Shown: positions 1 through 8,969 of the stretch, piece by piece
How the letters are laid out: every line of letters starts with the position of its first letter
Position numbering within the stretch: position 1 is the stretch's first letter
Source: a virus
Virus record (IMG/VR): IMGVR_UViG_3300048997_000225
Span: 32,001 to 96,000 of that record
Direction: 5' to 3' (one strand)
Length of the DNA stretch: 64,000 bases
Notes under the pieces: generated by a model
The model's input: the letters and a program-made list of their open reading frames with translations, nothing else
The model's database searches: none
Told to the model about the DNA's origin: nothing
Position numbers and translations under genes: made by a program

Positions 1-118
1 CTACTCCAAGTGGAGTAATATTATCTTCGGCCATCCTAGGCCAAGAGAATCTTTTTGGTTCTTTTTTAATTGGTTCGTTAGAAAGTCGTACCTCACGCTT
101 GCTTGTACCATTTTTCAT
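1..118 (-). CDS. possible 5' part of a gene running off the left edge
   Basis: ATG at 118, frame open to the window edge (MKNGTSKREVRLSNEPIKKEPKRFSWPRMAED...); no recognisable homology. Confidence 0.3.
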   Translation of the reverse strand, partial: MKNGTSKREVRLSNEPIKKEPKRFSWPRMAEDNITPLGV

Positions 119-227
119 ATTCAAGCCCCGGTTCTTCCTCTGTGTTAACTAACACAAGAGGAGTTTGAAATTTACCACATACGATTTAGTAAGACAAGTC
201 TGCAACAATGACGTAACGTAAGTGAAA

Positions 228-770
228 ATGAGTAAAGACGATTTCTTGAAAGAGTGCATGTCAGATGTTGGATTACCTCCCGTAGACCAATTCAATGCAA
301 CATATTGCATTGTATGTGCCAACCGTGAATGTAGTAGAAGCTCGCTAAACAATTCAACATTTGATAAACGAATGCGAAATTGGCAATCTACGCTCTTCAC
401 TAATGTTCCTAGAGCCATTGAAGAAGATAAACGGTTTGATAATATCAGATCTAAGAAATTTTTACCGATGCAGAGTATGTATGAAGTCCAATCAATAAGC
501 GAAGAGCCGGTAAAAATTCCAGATATTAACGCTACCGAATTTGTCAATATTTCAATAAATAATGTAAATGATGAACCAAAAAGCCCGATTGAATCTATTG
601 TAATTGACACATCGCGTAGTCAAGAACATCCACTAGATATACCAGTCAAAAAATCGCCGCAGATATCGAATACTCCATTTGAACAAGGTACAATTCTTCA
701 TAGTCCATCAACTGAATCCCAAGACGTAAAACTCGAATCAGGCGAAACCTATATACTTGAAGATGACTAA
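228..770 (+). CDS. hypothetical protein with N-terminal Cys cluster (putative Zn-binding)
   Basis: YCIVCANRECSRS motif, low-complexity acidic C-terminus, overlaps the next gene start; ATG 228 preferred over GTG 222. Confidence 0.7.
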   Translation: MSKDDFLKECMSDVGLPPVDQFNATYCIVCANRECSRSSLNNSTFDKRMRNWQSTLFTNVPRAIEEDKRFDNIRSKKFLPMQSMYEVQSISEEPVKIPDINATEFVNISINNVNDEPKSPIESIVIDTSRSQEHPLDIPVKKSPQISNTPFEQGTILHSPSTESQDVKLESGETYILEDD

Positions 771-1569
771 TTTATCGAAATCAGGATCCGCTTCGTTAAA
801 CGCTAAATACTTGTTGGCAATTCGGAAATTTATTCATGATAGTACGGAATTAGCGCAGCTGATTGCAGATTCCGATCCGGCCATCAGCTGCGCAGCTGAT
901 GTCTACACTTTAATCGCGCATACAATATTGCCCGGGACTGAAGAGATTTTCAAATCTGCCATACACGAAATTTTAGAAGAACTCGATAGACATCGCCAGT
1001 TGCCTTCCAGTTTATATTTAATTGATCAGCATTCTGGAAAAGCTGTTATTCCAATCTCCGAAAGAGATATCTATCAACCGCCTGATTATATTGGAGAAGA
1101 TGGAAAACTTCAAAAGTCTAAGCCCATCGTTCATCCGAAAATAACTTCTTCTTTAGCTTTGGCTCAAGCCGAGCAGTATAACCGGCAAAAAATCCAGAAA
1201 CTAGCAGAACACCCGGTTCACGGCCTCTCGTACAGGCATTTGACAGAACCTGATCAAATATCCGAATTAATCCGTAGCAAACTCGAACATATCGGATTCC
1301 AATTCATTCCACAGTCAGAATCCAATGTTGTCGAAATGGAATTTGGTCGAGAAATTATCGAAGCTGATATGCAATCACATAATCACAGATTTAATCGAAT
1401 CCAGTCATATGCAGCGATCGTCGCCACTAAAATAGTCCGATTGAATGAAAATAAACATCCGATGTGGATGGGACCTATCAGTCTTCGGAAAAATTCTAAA
1501 ATGCGATGGTTTGTTATATCATTCCAATTCGGATCACAAACTATCCCAGCGCTTCAAGATACTAACTAA
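757..1569 (+). CDS. hypothetical protein
   Basis: 270-aa ORF coupled to the upstream gene; no motif recognised. Confidence 0.7.
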   Translation: MKMTNLSKSGSASLNAKYLLAIRKFIHDSTELAQLIADSDPAISCAADVYTLIAHTILPGTEEIFKSAIHEILEELDRHRQLPSSLYLIDQHSGKAVIPISERDIYQPPDYIGEDGKLQKSKPIVHPKITSSLALAQAEQYNRQKIQKLAEHPVHGLSYRHLTEPDQISELIRSKLEHIGFQFIPQSESNVVEMEFGREIIEADMQSHNHRFNRIQSYAAIVATKIVRLNENKHPMWMGPISLRKNSKMRWFVISFQFGSQTIPALQDTN

Positions 1570-2136
1570 TATTCCAGCCATTGCATATCGGAATTCAGGG
1601 ATTCCTGCAATATTGGATTCCGATATTTTCTCTAAAGTGATTGCCAATTTATCAATTGAACATCTATATTGGAATTCAATATAAGTGCCCATTGGTAACA
1701 ACGGGACTAAATCAGTCGGAAACTTTAGAATAGCAGAAGCTTCGCAGAAGAATTCCAATATTTGATGTGCTAAATTGATAGCGATCTTATTCACTCCACT
1801 ATCCAATTCAGATTGATTCTGGATAATATCTTCTTTGAAACCTTCACGAGCAATGGTTGGTATCCACGCCATCAATGGAGACACCATTTTATATTCATGA
1901 ATCAATCCGGATTCAAGAAGCAATGGTGTTACAGCTTGCATGACGCAAGCCGGCATAATGATTCGCAATTCGACTTGCCGAGCGTTCTGGTCTTCTAGAA
2001 TTAATTCAATTTTCCCATGTTGAAGAAATTGCCCTGTCGGGATTGATTTAGAAGCCAGTCCTCTATTATGATCGCGAGTAATTCTAGAAGATGGTTTTCT
2101 AGCTGCGAGATTTATTCGTTGGTCACGGCCGGCCAT
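1534..2136 (-). CDS. ThyX-like (flavin-dependent thymidylate synthase fold) protein lacking the catalytic signature
   Basis: GKIELI, ELRIIMPACV and LLPMGTYIEFQYRCSIDKL...PEFRYAMAGILVSIL follow the ThyX outline; no RHRx7SxR motif; directly downstream of dCTP deaminase; ATG 2136 preferred to avoid a long overlap. Confidence 0.5.
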   Translation of the reverse strand: MAGRDQRINLAARKPSSRITRDHNRGLASKSIPTGQFLQHGKIELILEDQNARQVELRIIMPACVMQAVTPLLLESGLIHEYKMVSPLMAWIPTIAREGFKEDIIQNQSELDSGVNKIAINLAHQILEFFCEASAILKFPTDLVPLLPMGTYIEFQYRCSIDKLAITLEKISESNIAGIPEFRYAMAGILVSILKRWDSL

Positions 2137-2773
2137 TTGCAAACGATTTCCAAATTCGAGACGGAACTGGTCCTTGCGCAAGTTGCCCTTGATAATGGCC
2201 GGTTTTCCTATAATTAAGTTTTTCTCCAACTAAAGTATGGAAACGCATTTGACAGAAGCGCATTCCTGGATAAACACGGATGGGGTGCGTGACAACCACT
2301 TCCAATGTATATTGACCGTCGAATCCGTAATCTCCAAACCCCGCTGTGATGTGGGCCGTTATAAATAGTCTTCCGATCGATGATTTTCCATCTAAAATAG
2401 GAACATAATTATCGGTAGTTATGACTTCTTGAGTATGCATCAGATACCCGACGCCCGGTTTTAAAATCCAACCGAGTTTAGGATCTATCTTGAACGTATG
2501 AACTTTAGGTTCGCATTTAACATCTAAATATCCATAATGGTTTGGACTAATCCCAGAGCCATCTTCAATCTTATCAGAATCAATATGTTGGCGATGATGG
2601 ACAACATCTGCATAGACGGCCACATACTCACCCAATGTTAAATCATATGAACTTGGATTTATTCTATCATCATTAACTTGGTCTTCATTCCATGGCGTTA
2701 TTTTTATATCTCCAGCTTCATATAATCTTTTGATTTCCGGGCCCGTTAAAATCCCGCCTATATCATTATTCAT
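2123..2773 (-). CDS. dcd: dCTP deaminase
   Basis: ILTGPEI, INPSSYDLTLG, DGKSSIGR, TAGFGDYGFDGQYTLE, YPGMRFCQMRF and terminal YQGQ..P.PSR are Dcd motifs; ATG 2773 preferred over TTG 2797. Confidence 0.92.
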   Translation of the reverse strand: MNNDIGGILTGPEIKRLYEAGDIKITPWNEDQVNDDRINPSSYDLTLGEYVAVYADVVHHRQHIDSDKIEDGSGISPNHYGYLDVKCEPKVHTFKIDPKLGWILKPGVGYLMHTQEVITTDNYVPILDGKSSIGRLFITAHITAGFGDYGFDGQYTLEVVVTHPIRVYPGMRFCQMRFHTLVGEKLNYRKTGHYQGQLAQGPVPSRIWKSFANGRP

Positions 2774-2796
2774 ATTAAAAACGACCTCAAATATCA

Positions 2797-2807
2797 AGTA
2801 CTGTACT
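2797..2807. promoter_or_regulatory. AGTACTGTACT interrupted palindrome, candidate operator or promoter element
   Basis: Between divergent genes, 2 nt before ATG 2810; same motif and spacing at 60766-60776. Confidence 0.45.
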
Positions 2808-2809
2808 CA

Positions 2810-3094
2810 ATGGCAGACAATAATCTTACTGATGGAGAAATGGATGATTTTCGTCAAAGAGCTTTTTTGATGCCTGATGATGAAATAGCGGAATTATTGG
2901 AGGAACTTGCTAAACGAGAACTCGGGCTTTTGGAATCTGACTCCATACAGCAAAATGAAGATTTCCGACAGCGAGTATTAAATAATGCGGCGGCTCTCAC
3001 TGCGGCGGCTGAAAGATTTCATCCAAAAGGTTGGAACATCAACCAAGTCCAAACAGAGAAGCCAGGAACTGAAACTTCTGAGGATGAACTTTAG
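2810..3094 (+). CDS. small acidic helical hypothetical protein
   Basis: 94-aa ORF filling the gap between dcd and the polymerase; its 3' end overlaps the polymerase 3' end by 56 nt. Confidence 0.65.
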   Translation: MADNNLTDGEMDDFRQRAFLMPDDEIAELLEELAKRELGLLESDSIQQNEDFRQRVLNNAAALTAAAERFHPKGWNINQVQTEKPGTETSEDEL

Positions 3095-5915
3095 TCCCGA
3101 TAGACTCTGGAATCAAAATTTGACCTTTTAAATTCATTACGCGCAATGGAACATTTCCTTCAGCTAAAGTGCATACGGCTTTAAGCTTCCTTACCGTATC
3201 TTTTGAAGGGACAGCTTTAAATACCCATCTTAAGATCGCTCCTTCATCGGAAGCGGCAGTGATAACATCTGTGATTTCTGGTTTAACTGAACTGGAAGCA
3301 TCACTGGATTCTGGGATTGAATCTGTAGATGCACCAATATCAATTGATTCTATCTCAGATTCTGTTGATAAAACAGTAGTATCAAGCGAGATATCATCGA
3401 GGTTTAAATCAGAAACAGATATTGATGATTCGGATTGAATGGATATTGAATCTTGAGATATATTTTTAGAATCCGAAGAATTCTCCGATACTAATATCGG
3501 ACTAATATCTTGGATTATAACCGAAGGGGTAGAAGCGCTAGAAGCGCTAGAAGTTGGCATCTCCCACGGAATCCCTTCAAGTTGAGCTTGTTTAATAATA
3601 TCGCTTTGAGCCGGAGTCAGGCGCCAAATATATGACTCCAGAAAATCTGGGATTTTCTGATAAATCCGACCATCTGCAAAATATTGGTCTTTCTTCAATT
3701 TTCCTTTATAACTCCCGTCCGAATCCAAGTCCTTGGGATCGGGTTTTTTACCGTCAACCATTGCGAAATAATCGAATCGTGCTCGCCAATGAATATCAAT
3801 ACCGGGTTCGGTCTCGAGCGGCACCATCCATTGTTTACCATGGACTTTAGGGAGTCGCCATGGCGTGGTCATCCATTCATCCAATTTTCGGACAATTTCC
3901 ATTAAATATTCAGGCTTAATCTCAAATACTACTTCATCATGCACAGTCAATACATATCGAACTCTATCTTTCCATCCCAATTTACGAAGTTGTTTATCAA
4001 CATAACACATCGCTAGCTTCAGAATATCTGCTGAAGTAGCTTGAATCGTATAATTGATGGCGCAGCGTTCTGCTTTTTTCTGGATAGCCCTGATTGGAGA
4101 ATCAATAGTTGGGATAGGAATACGGCGACCAAATGCCGTGTAAATGCATTTATGTTTATGTGCAAATTTCTTTTGATGTTCAACATATCCCATGAGTACA
4201 GGTAAGCCGGATCGCATGTTTTCCATATGCCGGCCCCCATCTTCAATGGAACATCCAACATTCCGTGATATCGCTCCTGCACCCCCACCATAAATAATTG
4301 CAAAATTACTGCGTTTCCCACGATTTCGTTCGTCTTTACTAATTTCGGATTTTTCGTATAAAATCCTGGCAGTAATGGAATGCACATCTCCGTCTTTGTG
4401 CAGAAAAGATTCTGCCCACAGGGGATCGCCTGACATATTAGTAATCACTCGGAGTTCTTCCCCAGAATAATCAATTTTTACCAAAACCCAACCAGGACGG
4501 GGGATGATTACAGTCCTGATTTGTTTAAATAACTCTGGTTTATCATCATCTGAATCGCGTGGAATACCTTGAAAATTGACACCTGAGTATCCGTTTTCGA
4601 TTTTATCTGCTTTACAAGATAATCTTGTTGTATCAGTCCCCATTTGATTAAATGATGGACGTACGTCTCCGTATTTATCATGAGATTGGAAAAGCTTCTC
4701 TATATAAGATCCTTTCATTTTCTCATAATGTCTATATTCTAGAATGAGTTCAAAAATACTCTCGGCTTTAGGCTCTCCATCGGAGACTTCGCGTTTATGA
4801 AGGAATTTGCTGCCATAATGGCGATGCAATGCCTTCATAATTTCATCTTTCAATGAATATGTTTTCTCTTTCCCGTCTCCATCATCTTCATCTGAATCCG
4901 AAGAATCATTATCGAATGATCCTCCATCACCCATTCCAAACATGTCTTGAATGGGCTTTAATTTTATTCCTTCTTGATCTGTAAATAACGCGTCCGAAAG
5001 CTGCGAAGCGGAACCAACATTAAGTGATCGCCATTTGCCGGTTTTGCCAGTTTTAGATTCAATTATGCTCCGAACAATATCACCAGTTTGTTGTAATGCA
5101 GTTTTACATTCTTCATATAATTGAGTGACTCTAGTCACATCAGTATGGACGCGATTGCGTTCCATTTCTCGCATGATGTTACAAAATGATCTTTCGATAT
5201 CATAGATCTTTTCGTAACCTTTGAGCCGTTCAACTAATGCAAAGTATAATTTATATGTAAAAATCCCATCGGAGCAACCGTATTCGAGACCCTCGCGTGG
5301 ATGCAGTAATGAGAAGTTATAACGTTGTTTTTGGCGCTGGAGTTGTTCCTTCTTCTCATCTGTGAACAGTTCGTCGATTTCTATCATATCGACTCCAAAC
5401 AATTGTTTGGAGAGTGGTTTTAAACCAGCCGGAGAACTTTTCAAAGGGCTGATGACTTTAGCCATCAACATAGTATCTTCAAATTGCGAAAGCTTCCAGT
5501 ATTCACGACCAACCAATGGCATGATGAATTCTGCGTCGAATTTTTTGTTATGGAAAATGATTCGACAATTATCAACTAATCGAGTGAGTTCATCCCAAGC
5601 TGGATCCCATGCCAAATTCCCGGAATCTTCAGGTTCATGAGATAATGGAATATAATATCCATTAACCCCATCAAAAGATATGCAAACTCCAACTACTCTA
5701 TCAATTGTGCGGATCCCATTGCGAGTGACGATTCCATCATCAAAAAACTCATCCGAGTAAATTCTGTTATCTACTCCAGTAGTTTCCGTGTCGAGTGAAC
5801 AAATCCCTTTTTTGATGCATATACTAACAAGCCTTTGTAATTCTTCTATAGAATTTATTAAATGGAATTTATAGTCTTTAAACCATTCTCTATGAATGGT
5901 AACTCGATCGTCCAT
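3039..5915 (-). CDS. polA: family A DNA polymerase with 3'-5' exonuclease and C-terminal extension
   Basis: ExoI LDTETTG, ExoII FHNKKFD, ExoIII YGCSD, TxTxRLS (GTDTTRLS), motif A IDYSGEELR, motif B RNRGKRSNFAIIYG, motif C LTVHDEVV; no 5'-3' exonuclease; start placed at ATG 5915 (MDDRVTI). Confidence 0.95.
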   Translation of the reverse strand: MDDRVTIHREWFKDYKFHLINSIEELQRLVSICIKKGICSLDTETTGVDNRIYSDEFFDDGIVTRNGIRTIDRVVGVCISFDGVNGYYIPLSHEPEDSGNLAWDPAWDELTRLVDNCRIIFHNKKFDAEFIMPLVGREYWKLSQFEDTMLMAKVISPLKSSPAGLKPLSKQLFGVDMIEIDELFTDEKKEQLQRQKQRYNFSLLHPREGLEYGCSDGIFTYKLYFALVERLKGYEKIYDIERSFCNIMREMERNRVHTDVTRVTQLYEECKTALQQTGDIVRSIIESKTGKTGKWRSLNVGSASQLSDALFTDQEGIKLKPIQDMFGMGDGGSFDNDSSDSDEDDGDGKEKTYSLKDEIMKALHRHYGSKFLHKREVSDGEPKAESIFELILEYRHYEKMKGSYIEKLFQSHDKYGDVRPSFNQMGTDTTRLSCKADKIENGYSGVNFQGIPRDSDDDKPELFKQIRTVIIPRPGWVLVKIDYSGEELRVITNMSGDPLWAESFLHKDGDVHSITARILYEKSEISKDERNRGKRSNFAIIYGGGAGAISRNVGCSIEDGGRHMENMRSGLPVLMGYVEHQKKFAHKHKCIYTAFGRRIPIPTIDSPIRAIQKKAERCAINYTIQATSADILKLAMCYVDKQLRKLGWKDRVRYVLTVHDEVVFEIKPEYLMEIVRKLDEWMTTPWRLPKVHGKQWMVPLETEPGIDIHWRARFDYFAMVDGKKPDPKDLDSDGSYKGKLKKDQYFADGRIYQKIPDFLESYIWRLTPAQSDIIKQAQLEGIPWEMPTSSASSASTPSVIIQDISPILVSENSSDSKNISQDSISIQSESSISVSDLNLDDISLDTTVLSTESEIESIDIGASTDSIPESSDASSSVKPEITDVITAASDEGAILRWVFKAVPSKDTVRKLKAVCTLAEGNVPLRVMNLKGQILIPESIGTKVHPQKFQFLASLFGLG

Positions 5916-5921
5916 CTGACG
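5896..5921. repeat. direct repeat copy 1 (polymerase start region)
   Basis: atggtaactcgatcgtccatctgacg, 25/26 identical to 7359-7384. Confidence 0.9.
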
Positions 5922-5938
5922 GAGAGTTGTTAGTATGT

Positions 5939-7378
5939 TTAACATGAACTAATCATACAACGGAGTTTCTCGATGATTGCTTTTTTAGATAATTTCAATT
6001 CTTGTTCCGTAATGGTTAAGAATTGATAGCCATTCTTTTGCGCCACAAGAGATTTCCTTTCATCCAAGTTCTTTGCACCTGGCTTATCATGCCACCACTT
6101 ACCATTATATTCTATTAATAAATTTGCTTCAGGAACAAACAGATCATACGCATAACCATCCACTTTATGTTCAAAATATGATTTATATCCTAAATCAGAA
6201 ATAATGGACGCTAAATCACAATTCTTGGATGAAATACGCCATGATGTACATCCGCATGTTAGAGATAATCCTCGTTTTATATCGCTGAATCTTGGGAAAT
6301 ATATATTCTGACAGGCTGGACATATAGCGGCGGCAGGTTTATGATTATAAATCATAGATTCAAGGAAAGATATACCATCTTGTGGTATATCTTGAGTTTG
6401 AATTTTCCCACTCAAAGAACATAATTTATCTTTGTTTCTTATATACCATCCATATATGAGATGACGACATGCTCCACATGTTTTGGTTCGTCCGGCTGAT
6501 ATGGATTTTAGACTTATTGATTTAGATAGTTCACATCGACACTGGAACAAAAGTTTTTGTCTGTCCCATTTACTTATTTCTATATCAGATCCAAGATATA
6601 TGAACCCATTATAAGAATCACCAGTTTTTAAACAAATATAACTACATTTTCCACACCCATTAGCTGTTTGAGCATGACATACTTTCATTAATTTAAGTTT
6701 CCCGCATTTGCACATAAATGGCAGGATTTTATGACTACCGTAGCTTGTTATTATGGATTGACCGATATATCTAAATTCATTAATTGAGTCGCCCGGATTG
6801 AGAGTCAATTTATTGCATGAACCACATGTTACATTATGTCTTAATGTAACATTATTCATACTAATTTTCTTCTCTTTACCACAAGAACATTTGAATAATA
6901 ATTTGGTTGCACTATTAATTTGGATTTCCACAGGTTTTTTTCCAACATAGGAAAATCCCATATATTGTTGTCCAGAGATAAGATTTATGGAATTGCAAGA
7001 CCTGCATCGAACAGTTGATTCCCGTGTAACTGAATCCACTCTTATTGATTTAATTTTCCCGCATTGACATTTAAACAATTTTTTGCATGGTGTATTAGGG
7101 GATACAAATCCATCATCACCCATATATACAAAATTATGATATATTTCCCCATGTTTCAAGAAAATTTTCCTACAATCACCACATGTTTTGGATTTCCTGA
7201 TGGTGATTTGAGAAATATATATTTCTTTTAAATTCCCGCATTGACATTCAAAAAGGATTTTTCGCATGGCTCTGGGGCCAATCGATATCGGGGGTCCTCG
7301 ATAAACGAATCCAAAATAAATGGTTCCGGGAATAAGATTAATTTTCATGTACTCAATGATGGTAACTCTATCGTCCAT
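5939..7378 (-). CDS. free-standing homing-type endonuclease: tandem Zn-ribbon repeats plus Vsr/DUF559-like nuclease domain
   Basis: Five ~59-aa repeats (F.C.CG..K.I...C..C) plus a sixth divergent one; C-terminal FEHKVDGYAYDLFVPEANLLIEYNGKWWHD. Confidence 0.8.
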   Translation of the reverse strand: MDDRVTIIEYMKINLIPGTIYFGFVYRGPPISIGPRAMRKILFECQCGNLKEIYISQITIRKSKTCGDCRKIFLKHGEIYHNFVYMGDDGFVSPNTPCKKLFKCQCGKIKSIRVDSVTRESTVRCRSCNSINLISGQQYMGFSYVGKKPVEIQINSATKLLFKCSCGKEKKISMNNVTLRHNVTCGSCNKLTLNPGDSINEFRYIGQSIITSYGSHKILPFMCKCGKLKLMKVCHAQTANGCGKCSYICLKTGDSYNGFIYLGSDIEISKWDRQKLLFQCRCELSKSISLKSISAGRTKTCGACRHLIYGWYIRNKDKLCSLSGKIQTQDIPQDGISFLESMIYNHKPAAAICPACQNIYFPRFSDIKRGLSLTCGCTSWRISSKNCDLASIISDLGYKSYFEHKVDGYAYDLFVPEANLLIEYNGKWWHDKPGAKNLDERKSLVAQKNGYQFLTITEQELKLSKKAIIEKLRCMISSC

Positions 7379-7384
7379 CTGACG
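7359..7384. repeat. direct repeat copy 2 (endonuclease start region)
   Basis: atggtaactctatcgtccatctgacg; encodes the same MDDRVTI N-terminus as the polymerase. Confidence 0.9.
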
Positions 7385-7467
7385 AAGTACGGCGAGCAGT
7401 ATGATGGATCAGTACCCCCAGTCCAGTTAATATGTTATTTTGATCGTACAATTGTAAATTGAATATT

Positions 7468-8529
7468 ATGGACGAAAATCCCTACCATATCTTGGGAGTT
7501 GATAGATCAGCCACCAATGCAGAAATTAAAAAAGCGTTCCGGAGTTTATCATTAAAATATCATCCTGATAAACATAATGGCGACAAAGCGATTGAAAACC
7601 TGTTTAAACAAATTTTGCAAGCATATCAAATTTTGAACGATCCTGAAAAAAAGAAAAAATTTGATAAATCACATCCAAGCCACACATTTTCTGATGTAGA
7701 ATATATGACTAAAGATTATGTCGAACAAATCCTATATCAAACAGGAAGTTCGCAGCATAATAAAAAATCCACAGGGAACCCCAGCACGTATGATTCTACA
7801 ACCAGTATTCACAACGAATCTGGAGGAGATATTGAGCAAGAACTTACGATAACTATTGAAGAATCAATAAGCGGGACAAATCGAGACATCATAACGATGG
7901 GCGGAGACATAATTTGTTGCCTATGTCATGGAAGTCGTAAGGTACCTAATACAACAGTATATCCATGTTCCAGATGTTCAGGGTCTGGAACAACAATAAA
8001 TGTGGTTGGTCAACATGTAACATGTATAATTTGCAAAGGCCATGGTGATTTCCCAATGGTTCCATGTACTCGTTGCAATGGATGGGGTAAAATTCCGTCT
8101 GAAAAGATCGCAAGAATAAGAATCCCTGCTGGTATAGAAGAAAATCAAATACTACGTTTCCGCGGACATGGACATCGGTCAATCAATAGATCTCCTGGAG
8201 ATCTATTGATTACCGTAAGATTCGCTTTACATAATAAATATGTAAAAAACGGATTTGATTTGCATTGTAATTTAGAAATACCCCTTATAAAAGCAATGCA
8301 AAGAGAAGACATGATAATCCAGTCCATTACTGATGATATGATTATGATAGGGATGCCAGATATATTCCAACCCGGAATTACAACCACCAAAATAATAGGG
8401 AAAGGCCTGAAATCCAATAAAGGACAATGCGGTGATTTAATAATCCAATGGAATGTAAAAATCCCGTGCGTTAAAACTGAAAAGTCTAAATTATTATTGC
8501 AACTATTGATGGCTGAAGTTGAAGAATAA
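7468..8529 (+). CDS. dnaJ: DnaJ (class A) co-chaperone
   Basis: J-domain NPYHILGV...EIKKAFR...YHPDK; four CxxCxGxG-type repeats (CLCHGSR, CSRCSGSG, CIICKGHG, CTRCNGWG); C-terminal domain with IPAG, GDLLI, DL and GKG motifs. Confidence 0.93.
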   Translation: MDENPYHILGVDRSATNAEIKKAFRSLSLKYHPDKHNGDKAIENLFKQILQAYQILNDPEKKKKFDKSHPSHTFSDVEYMTKDYVEQILYQTGSSQHNKKSTGNPSTYDSTTSIHNESGGDIEQELTITIEESISGTNRDIITMGGDIICCLCHGSRKVPNTTVYPCSRCSGSGTTINVVGQHVTCIICKGHGDFPMVPCTRCNGWGKIPSEKIARIRIPAGIEENQILRFRGHGHRSINRSPGDLLITVRFALHNKYVKNGFDLHCNLEIPLIKAMQREDMIIQSITDDMIMIGMPDIFQPGITTTKIIGKGLKSNKGQCGDLIIQWNVKIPCVKTEKSKLLLQLLMAEVEE

Positions 8530-8531
8530 TA

Positions 8532-8969
8532 TTAATATACAATAAATACGTATCTACCATCTTTCCATGCATGTACGATTGTGGTACCAATAGAACGTGA
8601 TAGTCCGTTTTCATGTTGAGACTGGGCCTGCCAACATCGCGGAATAGTTTTCTTTTTACGCTTAATGATAGTTGTTGAACATAATTGTCTGTCAGCTTTA
8701 GAACAACTCTGGAGTTCTGAACATGTTGAATAGACAAGTTTAACTAAGCAACCTTGTGGAGGCGTTCGTAATAATTTTTCAAGAGGCTTGGTTCCACCAA
8801 TTTTGGCATCTTGCAAAACATCATGTGGGACTCGAGTACAATGTTGAAGAATATCATCTAACACTATATCAGTCACATCAGATATCATAGTTTGTTGTAT
8901 TTCTGTTACCAGTAAAAGTTCTTGAGTACTTAAAATTAATGAATATTCGAGAACTTCAATCGGTCGCAT
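8532..8969 (-). CDS. Cys-containing hypothetical protein
   Basis: 145-aa ORF overlapping the end of the primase ZBD gene; six Cys. Confidence 0.65.
   Translation of the reverse strand: MRPIEVLEYSLILSTQELLLVTEIQQTMISDVTDIVLDDILQHCTRVPHDVLQDAKIGGTKPLEKLLRTPPQGCLVKLVYSTCSELQSCSKADRQLCSTTIIKRKKKTIPRCWQAQSQHENGLSRSIGTTIVHAWKDGRYVFIVY

Noticed and set aside
2-17. Small hairpin TACTCCA-ag-TGGAGTA
   Set aside because: Short, at the window edge and probably within coding sequence; compatible with chance
149-610. 153-aa minus-strand ORF
   Set aside because: Antisense to the better-supported Cys-motif gene at 228-770
5916-7400. Group I intron carrying the endonuclease within polA
   Set aside because: Almost no non-coding sequence flanks the ORF for a ribozyme core, and polA is complete from its own ATG at 5915
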